Shown here: one piece after another, positions 8,461-18,783 of the stretch | Layout of the letters: the number at the start of each line of letters is the position of its first letter | Position numbering within the stretch: position 1 is the stretch's first letter | From: Verrucomicrobiia bacterium | Lineage (GTDB): Bacteria > Verrucomicrobiota > Verrucomicrobiia > Limisphaerales > UBA1319 | Direction of reading: 5' to 3' | Assembly (NCBI GenBank): GCA_963664225.1 | Contig: OY760937.1 | Coordinates: 5,440,001-5,504,000, forward strand | DNA: 64,000 nucleotides | Notes under the pieces: model-generated | Seen by the model: the letters and a program-made list of their open reading frames with translations, nothing else | Database searches by the model: none | What the model was told of the DNA's origin: nothing | Position numbers and translations under genes: made by a program

Positions 8461-9429
8461 ATGAAGAGTCTTACGATGAATCGGCGTTCCTTTGTCTCGG
8501 CTGTGGCTGGACTGGGTGGCATGCTCGGACTGAGCGCCACCGATCTACCTGCCATTCAACAGCCTCAGGTGAAACGACGCATCAAGCTGGGAATCGCCAC
8601 CTATTCCTACTGGCATTTTCGAACGGACCGGGTTCCAATCGAGACTGTGATCGAGAAATCGGCCGATCTGGGAGTGGAGGGGGTGGATATTTTGCATCGG
8701 CAGATGGACATCCCGGAGAAAGCGCCGCTGGACGAAGCCGGACGGAGTTATTTGCGCAAGCTCAAGCGGCACGCTTTTCGGAACGGGGTTTCATTGGTTA
8801 ATTTTTCAATTCACCAGAACTTTGTTTCACCGGATGCATCAGTGCGCCAGGAGCACATCGATCACACCATCAAGTGCATTGAGATCGCGTATGAACTGGG
8901 GATACCGTGCATCCGTCTGAATTCAGGGCGGTGGAATACGATCAAGGATTTTGATGAATTGATGAAGAATCGGGGCGAGGAACCAATCATGGAAGGATAC
9001 AAGGAGGACGATGGTTTCAAGTGGTGCATTGAATGTACTGAGAAATGCCTGGCCAAGGCCGAACAATGCGGTGTGGTGCTTGCCTTGGAGAATCACTGGG
9101 GATTGTCGCGCACGCCTGCCGGGCAATTGCGCATTATCAACTCAATCAATTCGCCCTGGCTGGGGGCATTGATGGATACGGGTAATTTCCTGGAAAGCCC
9201 CTATGACAAGCTCGCGACTATCGCCCCCAAAACGGTCTATGTGCAGGCCAAAACCTATTACGGCGGCGGCGAATGGTACACGCTGGATCTGGATTACAAA
9301 CGCATTGCGCGCATTCTCGCCGATGCCAATTATACCGGTTTTGTCTCGCTTGAGTATGAGGGAAAAGAGGATCCGGACAAAGCAGTTCCCAAGAGTATCG
9401 CCCTATTGCGCAAGGCGTTTGGCGTGTGA
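8461..9429 (+). CDS. Tat-exported sugar phosphate isomerase/epimerase (xylose isomerase-like TIM barrel)
   Basis: NRRSFV twin-arginine signal; metal-binding motifs LALENHW, DTGNF, QAK and SLEYEG. Confidence 0.85.
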   Translation: MKSLTMNRRSFVSAVAGLGGMLGLSATDLPAIQQPQVKRRIKLGIATYSYWHFRTDRVPIETVIEKSADLGVEGVDILHRQMDIPEKAPLDEAGRSYLRKLKRHAFRNGVSLVNFSIHQNFVSPDASVRQEHIDHTIKCIEIAYELGIPCIRLNSGRWNTIKDFDELMKNRGEEPIMEGYKEDDGFKWCIECTEKCLAKAEQCGVVLALENHWGLSRTPAGQLRIINSINSPWLGALMDTGNFLESPYDKLATIAPKTVYVQAKTYYGGGEWYTLDLDYKRIARILADANYTGFVSLEYEGKEDPDKAVPKSIALLRKAFGV

Positions 9430-9456
9430 TTTGCGTGTGGAACGGGCTGACGATTT

Positions 9457-10425
9457 TCAAAGCCCGATCCAATACGTGCCCAGGCGGATCCAAAGGGGTG
9501 TGGTCACCAGGCTTGCGGCTGACGAGGTGATGACGATGCGCAAGGCGGTGGCGGTGTCGCCACCGTAATGTCGCGCCATGACGATTGGGAAGACTGCTGA
9601 TGGCATGGCTGCCTGAAGGAGGATCACACGCTTTAATTCAACCGATACGGGCAGGTAACGGGCCAGGGCGACAAATCCCGCGGGTAATACCACCAATCGA
9701 AGGAGGTTGGCGGTGCTGATCAGCCGCCAGGCGGATTTGGAATGAAATTCATGGAATTTATCGGCGATGGTGGCGCCGATGAGCAGGATTCCCAATGGGA
9801 TGGCGCATTGGCCGAGCATCTTAATTGCGGAGAAAGCGAAGCCAGGGACCCATTTTGCTCCACCCAACAGGTTGACGATCAGTCCAAGAATGATGGCCAC
9901 CAGGGGCGGATTGATGGCTTTGCGCCATTCTTTGCCCAAGGGCGCGCCTGTCAGGAGAAATAATCCAACGGTCCAAAGTGCGATTTCCACTCCGACGTTG
10001 TGGACGAAAAGCACGCCAAGAGTGTTGTCACCGTATAAGAGAATCGCCAGGGGTATTGGAACGTAACCATAGTTATAGATGCCGGTGCTGACGGCAAAGG
10101 TTCTTTGCTCGTGAACGGTGCGCAATCCGGTGAATCTGCGGCAAGTCCACGACAAAAGAAGACCTCCCGCAACCGTGCCAAAGCCGACCAGGGGCGCCGC
10201 CAATAGGTTGCCCATATCGTGCAGGGCGGTGTTGCCGAGAATGGTGGTCAGGATCAGGCACGGGGAAAACACGTTGATGACCAGCCGCAGCAGGCTGGCG
10301 TCGGCCTCTTCCGTAAGCCAATCCAGGCGGCGCAATGCGGCACCGGCTCCCACGACGCAAAAGACGGGAAGCACGGCACCAAGAACTACCCAGAATTCAT
10401 TCACAACCAATTCAATCCACTCCAT
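9457..10425 (-). CDS. AEC (auxin efflux carrier) family transporter
   Basis: About 10 TM segments; VLPVF, NYGYVPIP, NPPL, AAMPSA motifs. Start taken at ATG 10425; a slightly later GTG is possible. Confidence 0.88.
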   Translation of the reverse strand: MEWIELVVNEFWVVLGAVLPVFCVVGAGAALRRLDWLTEEADASLLRLVINVFSPCLILTTILGNTALHDMGNLLAAPLVGFGTVAGGLLLSWTCRRFTGLRTVHEQRTFAVSTGIYNYGYVPIPLAILLYGDNTLGVLFVHNVGVEIALWTVGLFLLTGAPLGKEWRKAINPPLVAIILGLIVNLLGGAKWVPGFAFSAIKMLGQCAIPLGILLIGATIADKFHEFHSKSAWRLISTANLLRLVVLPAGFVALARYLPVSVELKRVILLQAAMPSAVFPIVMARHYGGDTATALRIVITSSAASLVTTPLWIRLGTYWIGL

Positions 10426-10445
10426 GACATGGAATTTCCATGTCA
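10425..10445. promoter_or_regulatory. Perfect 21-bp palindrome, putative operator
   Basis: TGACATGGAA-T-TTCCATGTCA between the divergent AEC and SDR genes. Confidence 0.5.
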
Positions 10446-10540
10446 GCGAGGGCAAAGTGGATGGAGGGCGCGATCCAGGCAAGATTATTCCCGACTGTTT
10501 TTGCTTTTAGAGTGGGATGGGGATGATCAAGATGCAGCCC

Positions 10541-11347
10541 ATGAAGCTATTCGATCTCACGGGAGAAGTGGCTGTGGTAATCGGCGCCACCGGGGTTTTG
10601 GGGGGCGCGATGGCCCAGGGGTTGGCCGAGGCGGGCGCGGCTGTTGCAGTTCTGGGGCGCAATGAGGTGCGAGGCCTGGAACGTGTCACCCATATCCAAA
10701 AACAGGGAGGCATCGCCGCTTTTTTTGTGGCGGACGCCATGCAGCGATCCAGTTTGAGCCAGGCCCATGACGCGCTCGAAAAAGCCCTGGGCGCGCCGAC
10801 GATTTTGGTTAATGCCGCAGGCGGCAATGATCCCAAGGTTACCGTAACCGTGGAGCGTTCCTTTGAGAGTATCGATCTTGAGGATTGGCGCGCCAATTTC
10901 GACTTGAACCTCGCAGGTGGAGTATTACTGCCATGCCAGGAATTTGGTCCGGGAATGCTCAAGCGGGCGCGGGGCAGTGTCATCAATATCGCAAGTGTCT
11001 CGGCGCACATTCCACTGTCGCGCGTGGTGGCCTATTCGGCGTCCAAGGCGGCGGTGTTGAGTCTGACGCGGTTTCTTGCGCGGGAATGGGCTCCCAAGGG
11101 AGTGCGGGTCAATTCGGTCACGCCCGGCTTTTTCCCGGCGGAGCAGAATCGCAAATTGTTGTTCAACGCGGATGGCTCGCCGACGGAGCGTTCGAAATCC
11201 ATCCTCGGGCATACGCCGATGGGGCGGTTCGGCTCCGCTGAGGAATTGATTGGGGCGGTGTTGTTTCTGGCAAGCCAGCGCGCCAGCAGCTTTGTCACAG
11301 GCACGGATATTTGTGTGGATGGCGGATTTCTGGCACAAACCATATAG
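10541..11347 (+). CDS. SDR oxidoreductase, D-mannonate oxidoreductase-like
   Basis: GATGVLG, NAAGGN, YSASK, and PGFFPAEQNRKLL..DG...ER...ILGHTPMGRFG, which I recognise from SDR-type mannonate oxidoreductases. The start may be up to 24 nt earlier (10517). Confidence 0.82.
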   Translation: MKLFDLTGEVAVVIGATGVLGGAMAQGLAEAGAAVAVLGRNEVRGLERVTHIQKQGGIAAFFVADAMQRSSLSQAHDALEKALGAPTILVNAAGGNDPKVTVTVERSFESIDLEDWRANFDLNLAGGVLLPCQEFGPGMLKRARGSVINIASVSAHIPLSRVVAYSASKAAVLSLTRFLAREWAPKGVRVNSVTPGFFPAEQNRKLLFNADGSPTERSKSILGHTPMGRFGSAEELIGAVLFLASQRASSFVTGTDICVDGGFLAQTI

Positions 11348-11354
11348 TAATCCC

Positions 11355-12647
11355 ATGAGTGGTGAATTAGACAAGCGACCGGTTATTGGCAGAGCGGCTC
11401 CTTCGGGCGAGGGTTTGACGGCGATGGATGTGGCGGAAGTTGTCGGCCAGGCCTGTCCGGCAAACCGTTATAGAGGTCAGAAAGTTCTGGTTATTATTCC
11501 AGATGGCACGCGGACCGCGCCCGTCGGCCTGATGTTTAAAACACTGCATCAGCAGATCGGTTTTGTTTCCAAGGCGTTCGATATCATGGTGGCGTTGGGA
11601 ACTCACCAGGCGATGACCGAGGAGGCGATTTGTCGGCGTTTGGAAATATCGAAGGAGGAAAGGCAATCGGTTTTCGGAAGGGTGCAATTTTTCAATCACC
11701 AGTGGGATCATCCGGAGGCACTGCGCCGCGTGGGAACCATTCCCGTCAGCGATATCCAGGAGTTGTCGGGCGGGTTGTTCTCGATGGAAGTGCCGGTGGA
11801 AATCAATACGCTACTCTTCGCGTATGACGAGGTGATTATTGTCGGGCCGGTATTTCCACACGAAGTCGTCGGGTTTTCCGGGGGCAACAAGTATCTCTTT
11901 CCCGGAGTGGCGGGACCAGGCATTTTGAATTTTTTTCATTGGCTCGGCGCTGTCGTCATGAACGTCAACATCATCGGGTACAAATGGACGCCGGTGCGCA
12001 AGGTGGTGGATCTAGCGGGCGCGATGGTTCCCATCCCGAAGCTCTGCTTTTGTCTTGTTGTGGAAGGGGAGACGTTGGCTGGATTGTATGCGGGAACGCC
12101 GGAACAGGCGTGGGACAAGGCCAGTGATTTGTCCAACGAGCGCCATATCATTTACAAAGATCGACCTTACCACACCATTTTGTCATGCGCTCCGGCCATG
12201 TATGACGAATTATGGACCGGCGGCAAGTGCATGTACAAGCTTGAACCGGTTCTGGCGGAGGGCGGGGAATTGATAATTTACGCGCCTCATATTTCTGAAA
12301 TCAGCGTGACGCACGGCAAATTGATCGAGGAAGTGGGATATCATTGCCGGGATTATTTTCTGAAGCAATGGGACCGTTTCAAAGATTATCCGTGGGGCGT
12401 TCTCGCGCACTCCACGCATGTGCGGGGCCAGGGCCGGTTTGAGGGTGGCGTGGAAATTCCGCGCGCCCGCGTGACGCTGGCAACAAAAATCAGCACGGAA
12501 ACCTGTCGGAAGATAAACCTGGGGTATCGCGATCCGGCGAGCATTCGTGTGGAGGAATATGCCAACCGGGAGTCGGAAGGGATTCTTCTGGTGCCAAAAG
12601 CGGGCGAAATGCTGTATCGGTTGCGCGGGCCTCAGAAGAACGGATAA
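11355..12647 (+). CDS. LarA-family (lactate racemase domain, DUF2088) alpha-hydroxy-acid racemase/epimerase
   Basis: PDGTR, ALGTH, NHQW and PHEVVGFSGGNKYLFPG motifs. ATG lies 8 nt after the SDR stop. Confidence 0.85.
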   Translation: MSGELDKRPVIGRAAPSGEGLTAMDVAEVVGQACPANRYRGQKVLVIIPDGTRTAPVGLMFKTLHQQIGFVSKAFDIMVALGTHQAMTEEAICRRLEISKEERQSVFGRVQFFNHQWDHPEALRRVGTIPVSDIQELSGGLFSMEVPVEINTLLFAYDEVIIVGPVFPHEVVGFSGGNKYLFPGVAGPGILNFFHWLGAVVMNVNIIGYKWTPVRKVVDLAGAMVPIPKLCFCLVVEGETLAGLYAGTPEQAWDKASDLSNERHIIYKDRPYHTILSCAPAMYDELWTGGKCMYKLEPVLAEGGELIIYAPHISEISVTHGKLIEEVGYHCRDYFLKQWDRFKDYPWGVLAHSTHVRGQGRFEGGVEIPRARVTLATKISTETCRKINLGYRDPASIRVEEYANRESEGILLVPKAGEMLYRLRGPQKNG

Positions 12648-12720
12648 GCCTGCGCAGTGATCAGCCGCGTCAATGGAGCAGATTGTAGAGACTCAAACGG
12701 AGTCGCCCACTGAATGTCCT

Positions 12721-13272
12721 CTATTTAACCAGGTTGAGTATTTGTTTGAATGCAGGCGAGTCGGCCCGTTGCAGGAGTTCAAACAAGACCATTTCAGTGG
12801 AGACAGGGACAGCTCCAGCCTGGCGCATTCTGTTGATTCCAATGAGGCAATTCTCAGAGGTGCGGGAGGATACGGCATCGGCCACCACAAAGAGGTTAAA
12901 ACCTTGCGCGATCAAATCCAGACAAGTCATGCAGATGCAGACATGACATTCGATGCCGCAGAGGATTACGTTTTCAATTCCATCGGTTCGCAGCGCTTCC
13001 AATAAACCCTGAGCCTGACAGGCGCTAAAGGCCATTTTTTCAATCGGCTTGAAATTGGGTATTGCGGAGGCGAGTTCGGGAATCGTTCCGCCGAGTCCCT
13101 TGCGATATTGCTCGGTAACCCATGCGGGCAGGCCAAGAACGTTTGCGCCTTTGACCAGGCGAATGGCGTTTAGGGCCACGCGCTCTTTTTCGTGGATCGT
13201 GGGAAGGAGACGTTCCTGGATATCGACGACGAGCAGACCCGTTTTTTCGATTGTCAGGCGGGGAGTATTCAT
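12721..13272 (-). CDS. Isochorismatase family hydrolase (YcaC-related)
   Basis: VVDIQERL, TEQY..GLG.T, EK.AFSA, GIECHVC and DAVSSR motifs. Confidence 0.9.
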   Translation of the reverse strand: MNTPRLTIEKTGLLVVDIQERLLPTIHEKERVALNAIRLVKGANVLGLPAWVTEQYRKGLGGTIPELASAIPNFKPIEKMAFSACQAQGLLEALRTDGIENVILCGIECHVCICMTCLDLIAQGFNLFVVADAVSSRTSENCLIGINRMRQAGAVPVSTEMVLFELLQRADSPAFKQILNLVK

Positions 13273-13330
13273 GATGAAGGCTGGGGTGTTTGAGTGGGAT
13301 TTGGAATGCGTTGCGAAAAATTAGTTTAAT

Positions 13331-13367
13331 AAAAACCCGTCCCCTCCGGATTGGTGGGGACGGGTTT
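13331..13367 (-). terminator. Rho-independent terminator of the rhamnosidase gene
   Basis: Stem AAACCCGTCCCC/GGGGACGGGTTT with a U-tract on the minus strand, 15 nt after the stop. Confidence 0.75.
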
Positions 13368-13382
13368 GAATCTCATCGGACT

Positions 13383-16274
13383 TTACTCCAGAATTGGCGA
13401 AGTGAACTTATAGATTCCGGAGCCGATGCCATAGACGCAACAGCCATCTTCAAGGCGCAGGTATTTGACGCCTTTTGAATTATCCGCGGGATCGAAGCCT
13501 TCTCGAACCTGATCGCGCATGGTTGTGGGAATATAGACCTGGGCGGTGGTGTTCGCGGGGATGGTCAGGTCCAGCATGAAGACGCCATTGGCCACCTTCC
13601 AATCGCTGGTGATCAGACCGTGCATGGATGTGTAATCGCCATGTGCAGAAGTAATGCCGCCGCCGGGCTGTGGACGGATGATGATCCGTTTGTAGCCGGG
13701 CAAGGTCGGATCGACGCCGATGCCTGCGATGGTGGAATACATCCAATCACCGACCGAACCGAGCGAATAATGATTGAAGGAATTCATGCCAGGGTCCTGG
13801 AAACCTTTTTCCCTGGTCCAGCCGTCCCAGCGTTCCCAAATCGTGGTTGCGCCCTGACGGACGGAATAGAGCCATGAGGGGAAGGTGTCGTTGTTAAGAA
13901 GTTTGTAGGCCACACCGAGATAGCCGGCCTGGGTGAGTGTGGGCATGAGGTGGCCCACACCGACAAAGCCCGTGGAGAGATGGCCTTTTTTGGTCCCGAT
14001 ATCTTCGACCAGGTATTTGGCCGCAGCAGCTCGTTTGTCTTGTGGCAATAAGTCGAAGTCCAACGCCAGCACGTAGCAGGTTTGGGTGTTGCCTTTGATG
14101 CGACCGTCAGGCGAGACATAGGCTTTGTTGAAGGCGTCTTTGATTTCTCCAAACAGGGCTTGGTATTTTTTGGCGTCTTCTGTTTTTCCAAGAACAACGG
14201 CCATTTTTCCCATAATACTCGTGCTCAGCGCAAAATAAGCGGTGGCCAGGACATCCTTGGGTGTATCGGCTTGTATGGAGAGCCAATCGCCATAACCATC
14301 GGCAGGTCTCAGCAAATCCTTGCTGTGGGATTTTAAATATTCGATCCATTTGGCTCCGGACGCATAGCTGTGTTCGAGAATGCGGGTGTCACCATAGCGT
14401 TGGTAAATGACCCACGGGCAAATGACACCGGCATCGCCCCAGGCGGCGACTCCTGCGCCCACGGCAACGTAGGGAGAGACATCCGTGAACGCGCCATCCG
14501 GTTTCTGCGCGTCATCCACGTCCACCATCCATTTGGTGAAAAAGCTGGCCACATCCATGTTGCAGGTGGCTGTGCCGACAAAGATCTGCGCGTCGCCCAT
14601 CCATCCGAGGCGTTCGTCACGCTGCGGGCAGTCGGTGGGGATGCTTACGAAATTGCCGCGCTGACCCCAATTGATGTTGCTTTGCAGGCGGTTGATCATG
14701 GGATCCGAGCAGGCGAAGTGGCCGGAGGGTGGGGTATCGGAGTGAATGACCACGCCCGTGATGGCGTCAGCGGTCGGAACGCCAGGAAAGCCGGTCAACT
14801 CCACATATCGAAAACCATGGAACGTGAAGCGTGGCTCGTAGGTCTCGGGACCGCCGCCTTTGAGGAAGTAATGGTCCGTGGCTTTGGCACCGCGCAGGTT
14901 CGTGGTATAAAGCGTGCCGTCCGGATTCAATATTTCAGCAAAACGAAGCGTGACCTGGGAGCCGCGCAGTCCCTGGGTGTTGAGACGCACCCAGCCCACC
15001 ATGTTCTGGCCCAGATCGAAAACAAAATGGCCCACTCTTGGTTCGGCGACGCTGATGGGTTTGAGTTCCTGTGTGGCGCGCACCGGCGCATCGCAGGATG
15101 CAACGAGCGCAACCGTGGGGGTGGTCACCAACACCGATTTCCAGGAGGAATCCATACAGGTCACCGTATCCCAGCCGGGGATTTCAAGCCGGGCATCATA
15201 GGTTTCTCCCATCAGCAGGTCACCTTGAAGCAGGGGACCAGTCGAGGCTTTCCAGGAGGCATCGGAGACAATGGTTTCGACGGTTCCATCGGTGTAATGG
15301 ATTTCGATCTGACAAAGTCCCTGGGGCTGTTTGCCATAGACGTTGCGGCCCGTCAGACCGACGTAGCCGGAGTACCAGCCGTCCGCGAGGATCATCCCAA
15401 AAGCATTGGCGCCGTACTGTAAAAGGGATGTAATGTCGTAGGTCTGATATTGAACGCGTTTTTTGTAATCAGTCCATCCGGGCGTGAAAATGTCACGTCC
15501 GACGCGTTGACCGTTTACATGAAATTCATAAAGTCCCAGTGCGCTGGAGTAGAGGCGGGCCTGTTTGATGGGCTTCGAAAGGGTTGCTGTTTTGCGCAAA
15601 TAAGCCGGTGGCACATTGGTTTGATTGGTGGCTTCAGGGGGGTAGGCGATCCATTGCGCTTTCCAATCAGTAGATTGGTTCAAACCCATTTCCCAGGAGG
15701 CGGGCGCGCTGAAAGCGGTTTCGGCTCCGTCCTGATCCCAAACACGGACTTTCCAGAAGCATTGCTGGCGCGAGACGAGGGGGTGACCGGTATAAACCAC
15801 TTGTATGGATTGGTCGGAAACGACTTTGCCGCTGTTCCAGAGGTCAGCGCGATTCGCATTCAGGCTCTCCAGGCTGCTGGAGACGACCACCTGGTAGGCT
15901 GTCTGGCGGGCTCCACGAACAGGCGAATTCAAAACCCAACTCAAGCGGGGCTGGAGAACGTCAATGCCCAGAGGATTGACGGCGTATTCGCTGCGTAGAT
16001 TGGCGATCGCCATTTTGGAGGCGACCTTTGCGGTGGTGGCGGCGGTCATTGCAAAGGCCCAGGTCAGGAGGATGGCGGCGTATGCGATGATCCAGAAAGT
16101 GCGGCCCAATCGGACCGAATGCAGGAAACGGGATGGGTTTGAATAATCAGGCGCAGTGATCGGATCGCACTTCCAGCTTTTATGGATTTGCGTTTGCTCT
16201 TTCATATGGTTCATAGGCAGCAATAATTCTCGTTCAGGTTTTTTAGCGTAATGCGAACAGGTTAGTAGCAACAC
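13383..16274 (-). CDS. Alpha-L-rhamnosidase (GH78), secreted; true start probably downstream of 16274
   Basis: PRLSW, DLGQNMVG, FTFHGFRY, PTDCPQRDERLGWMGD, GATTIWERW and MNSFNHY motifs. Confidence 0.92.
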   Translation of the reverse strand: MLLLTCSHYAKKPERELLLPMNHMKEQTQIHKSWKCDPITAPDYSNPSRFLHSVRLGRTFWIIAYAAILLTWAFAMTAATTAKVASKMAIANLRSEYAVNPLGIDVLQPRLSWVLNSPVRGARQTAYQVVVSSSLESLNANRADLWNSGKVVSDQSIQVVYTGHPLVSRQQCFWKVRVWDQDGAETAFSAPASWEMGLNQSTDWKAQWIAYPPEATNQTNVPPAYLRKTATLSKPIKQARLYSSALGLYEFHVNGQRVGRDIFTPGWTDYKKRVQYQTYDITSLLQYGANAFGMILADGWYSGYVGLTGRNVYGKQPQGLCQIEIHYTDGTVETIVSDASWKASTGPLLQGDLLMGETYDARLEIPGWDTVTCMDSSWKSVLVTTPTVALVASCDAPVRATQELKPISVAEPRVGHFVFDLGQNMVGWVRLNTQGLRGSQVTLRFAEILNPDGTLYTTNLRGAKATDHYFLKGGGPETYEPRFTFHGFRYVELTGFPGVPTADAITGVVIHSDTPPSGHFACSDPMINRLQSNINWGQRGNFVSIPTDCPQRDERLGWMGDAQIFVGTATCNMDVASFFTKWMVDVDDAQKPDGAFTDVSPYVAVGAGVAAWGDAGVICPWVIYQRYGDTRILEHSYASGAKWIEYLKSHSKDLLRPADGYGDWLSIQADTPKDVLATAYFALSTSIMGKMAVVLGKTEDAKKYQALFGEIKDAFNKAYVSPDGRIKGNTQTCYVLALDFDLLPQDKRAAAAKYLVEDIGTKKGHLSTGFVGVGHLMPTLTQAGYLGVAYKLLNNDTFPSWLYSVRQGATTIWERWDGWTREKGFQDPGMNSFNHYSLGSVGDWMYSTIAGIGVDPTLPGYKRIIIRPQPGGGITSAHGDYTSMHGLITSDWKVANGVFMLDLTIPANTTAQVYIPTTMRDQVREGFDPADNSKGVKYLRLEDGCCVYGIGSGIYKFTSPILE

Positions 16275-16374
16275 TTTCCAAGCGCAATCCTTTAGATGCG
16301 CAAAGAGCCTCTCCGGAAACTTTTTCGAAGTCTCCGTGATGGCTTAAAGGAAACGAGTGGGATTGGCGGTGTCG

Positions 16375-16998
16375 CTATTTGTCAGCGAGGCTGGCTAAAT
16401 TGCGTTCGAGACTGTGCAGCTTGCGCCTGTTTTCAAGCAGGTGGATGACATGCCTTCCAAGAATGCGCAGGGCCTCGGCCTGCTCCGGGGTCAAGTCGCG
16501 CGGCACCTGATCGACGACACACAAGGTGCCCAAAGCGAAATCATCGGATGCGATGAGGGGCGCCCCGGCATAAAAACGTATTTTGGGATCGGCGGTTACA
16601 AGAGGGTTCTGGGCGAAACGGGCATCCTTGGAAGCATCGCGAATGATGAACAGTTCGCGCTCCATGATGGCATGAGCGCAAAAGGCGATTCCACGGGCGG
16701 TCTCGGTGGCGGAAACGCCAATTTTCGATTTGAACCATTGGCGGTCTGAATCGACGAGGGAGATCATGGCGATGGGCGTTCCGCAGATACACGCGGCCAG
16801 AGCGGTGATGTCGTCGAATTCCTTTTCCGGAGGGGTGTCTAGTATTCGAAAAGCTTTTAATGCCGCGAGCCGTTCTTTTTCATTCTTTGGGATCGGCATG
16901 CGAAAACTGGTTGAGGAGGCCCAGCCAATGGGAATGTTTTTGGGTTTGTCGGCATCCGCTCCGGCCCGCGTTGTTTGGGTATTATTGGCTTTGTCCAT
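16375..16998 (-). CDS. Stand-alone GAF domain protein
   Basis: [34 protein letters not shown]...[17 protein letters not shown]; no output domain. Alternative start at 16899. Confidence 0.88.
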   Translation of the reverse strand: MDKANNTQTTRAGADADKPKNIPIGWASSTSFRMPIPKNEKERLAALKAFRILDTPPEKEFDDITALAACICGTPIAMISLVDSDRQWFKSKIGVSATETARGIAFCAHAIMERELFIIRDASKDARFAQNPLVTADPKIRFYAGAPLIASDDFALGTLCVVDQVPRDLTPEQAEALRILGRHVIHLLENRRKLHSLERNLASLADK

Positions 16999-17002
16999 AC
17001 AG

Positions 17003-18754
17003 TTATTTAATCTCAGATTTCAGCAGCAGCAACCAATCTCCAGGACCCGGTGTTGTAAATTGAACATTTTCTCCGTTGAGCACCGCAATGACCGGCCGCC
17101 TCAAGCCGTTTCGCGGGTCTGTCCAGCTCGTTTCAACAGAGGGCGGAAGATCCTTAAACCGTATTTCAAGGGACCGATCTTCCGGGACATAAACCACCGC
17201 CAAATCCCCTTCCTGCGTTCGCGCCGCGGCAATGTGACGCCGGGGTTCCGTCAAGCCCGGGTCCTTTGCCAACATATCTTGCGCCGGGCGCAAATGCGAG
17301 TATTGAATGTTCGTAAAGAATTTGACCAGATGGGCCATCTGTTCAGCAGCGGGAGCGCTCAGGTTCGTTGTCCATTTTTGTGGAATGGAATGACCACTTT
17401 GATTTGTTTCGGACGAAGCACTGGCAAACCAGTCCAGCAGGGCGTGATTTCCATAGGTCACACCGGCGGTGAGACCGCTCAGGAGGCTCCAATACATGGC
17501 CCTGCGAATGACAAAAGCTGCGTCCTGGTTGTCGGGCGCATCAAATGGAGCGCTTTCGAGCACCGGGCCAAGATTGATGACAGGCCGGGTGGGTTGATTG
17601 GTCCAGAAACGCGTCTGCGGCCCAGAGAAGTACCCGATTAATGAGGCGTCATTTGTTCCCGCCTGGATTTCGCAGCCAATAATATCCATCCACTTTTCGC
17701 TAAGGAGTGCCTGCGATGTTCCAATCAGCACGGCAATCGGCGCATGCGCGCGGTCACCGAAAGTTGCCCGGCCGATGTTTTGGAAGAAGGATGCGCTGGA
17801 AATCGGATCGGCGCCGTTGCCGTCGAGAATCCAAACCACCGAGTTTGCCCCCCAACGCGCAACCATGTAACGGGTCAGGAGGACAGCCTGGTCTTCCGGG
17901 AGGTTTAGGCCGGAATGTGTGTCAGGGGCATTTGGCTCCTTGTTTGAATAACTGATCCCTAACAGCGCAGGGGCAGCCAACAGTCCTGCGGCGTTTATCT
18001 CATCCATCCTGCCGTCCAATTGCTTAAAATACTCTGGGTTGATGGATTTTTTGTCTCGACCGGAAAACCCGGTAAAATCGGTGTGGTCGGGTGACGGTGA
18101 ATTGGACCATGGCGCTGCGGACCATTGAATCGCGGTAAAACTTTGGCGGGCGCGTTCTTTCAAGTAGGCCTTCCAGTCGGCGGCCTTGGATGTGGTAGGG
18201 GCGTCCCATACCGCATCCGCCATCCAAAAGAAAGGGGCGCCATCTTCATGAGCCAATGCCCGGCCATGATCGGCCACTCTGACAGGACCATGAATTGCAA
18301 AACGATTCTGATTGGTGTTTGGAATGCAGCGGAAGGAACCGCCGTGTTTGTCCAGTTCCGGAGCGACCGGGCATTGTGTGGCAAACTGCCATTCGCCGAT
18401 TTCGCCGGGGGAGAAACGAATGCGCCAGACCAGGCCTCCATCCCAGAAACCATCGACCATGGAAGTTTTGCCGGATGGGGATTTAAACTCGGCGCACAAT
18501 TGAACCTCCTGCGCGGGACGGTCCAACGCGGTGCTATTCGTAAGAGCGATTTCGATGCGGCTCCATTTAGGAATACTTTCCGATGCTTTGGTGGAGGAAA
18601 CCATGCACAGAAACAAGCAAACGACGCACACGAATCCAAACGAAACAGCCCGGATGAGGCGATAGAGAATCATTGCGTGAAATTGCAGGCGCTTCAGCTT
18701 CATGAGGCATGTGGCTCGTCCGGCCTTCGTTTCCATTTGATAACCATAGTACAA
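17003..18754 (-). CDS. DUF5060/DUF4038 (GH140 apiosidase-like) protein with C-terminal collagen-binding-like domain; start uncertain
   Basis: GFWDGG..WRIRFSP...[45 protein letters not shown] and DWLLLL motifs. Confidence 0.78.
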   Translation of the reverse strand: MYYGYQMETKAGRATCLMKLKRLQFHAMILYRLIRAVSFGFVCVVCLFLCMVSSTKASESIPKWSRIEIALTNSTALDRPAQEVQLCAEFKSPSGKTSMVDGFWDGGLVWRIRFSPGEIGEWQFATQCPVAPELDKHGGSFRCIPNTNQNRFAIHGPVRVADHGRALAHEDGAPFFWMADAVWDAPTTSKAADWKAYLKERARQSFTAIQWSAAPWSNSPSPDHTDFTGFSGRDKKSINPEYFKQLDGRMDEINAAGLLAAPALLGISYSNKEPNAPDTHSGLNLPEDQAVLLTRYMVARWGANSVVWILDGNGADPISSASFFQNIGRATFGDRAHAPIAVLIGTSQALLSEKWMDIIGCEIQAGTNDASLIGYFSGPQTRFWTNQPTRPVINLGPVLESAPFDAPDNQDAAFVIRRAMYWSLLSGLTAGVTYGNHALLDWFASASSETNQSGHSIPQKWTTNLSAPAAEQMAHLVKFFTNIQYSHLRPAQDMLAKDPGLTEPRRHIAAARTQEGDLAVVYVPEDRSLEIRFKDLPPSVETSWTDPRNGLRRPVIAVLNGENVQFTTPGPGDWLLLLKSEIK

Positions 18755-18783
18755 ACAGCCAAGGTTCTCAGTGCCGCGGACAT

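Noticed and set aside
14370..17641. Long plus-strand ORFs 14370-15422 and 16706-17641
   Set aside because: Antisense to the well-supported GH78, GAF and DUF4038 genes; typical of high-GC shadow frames.
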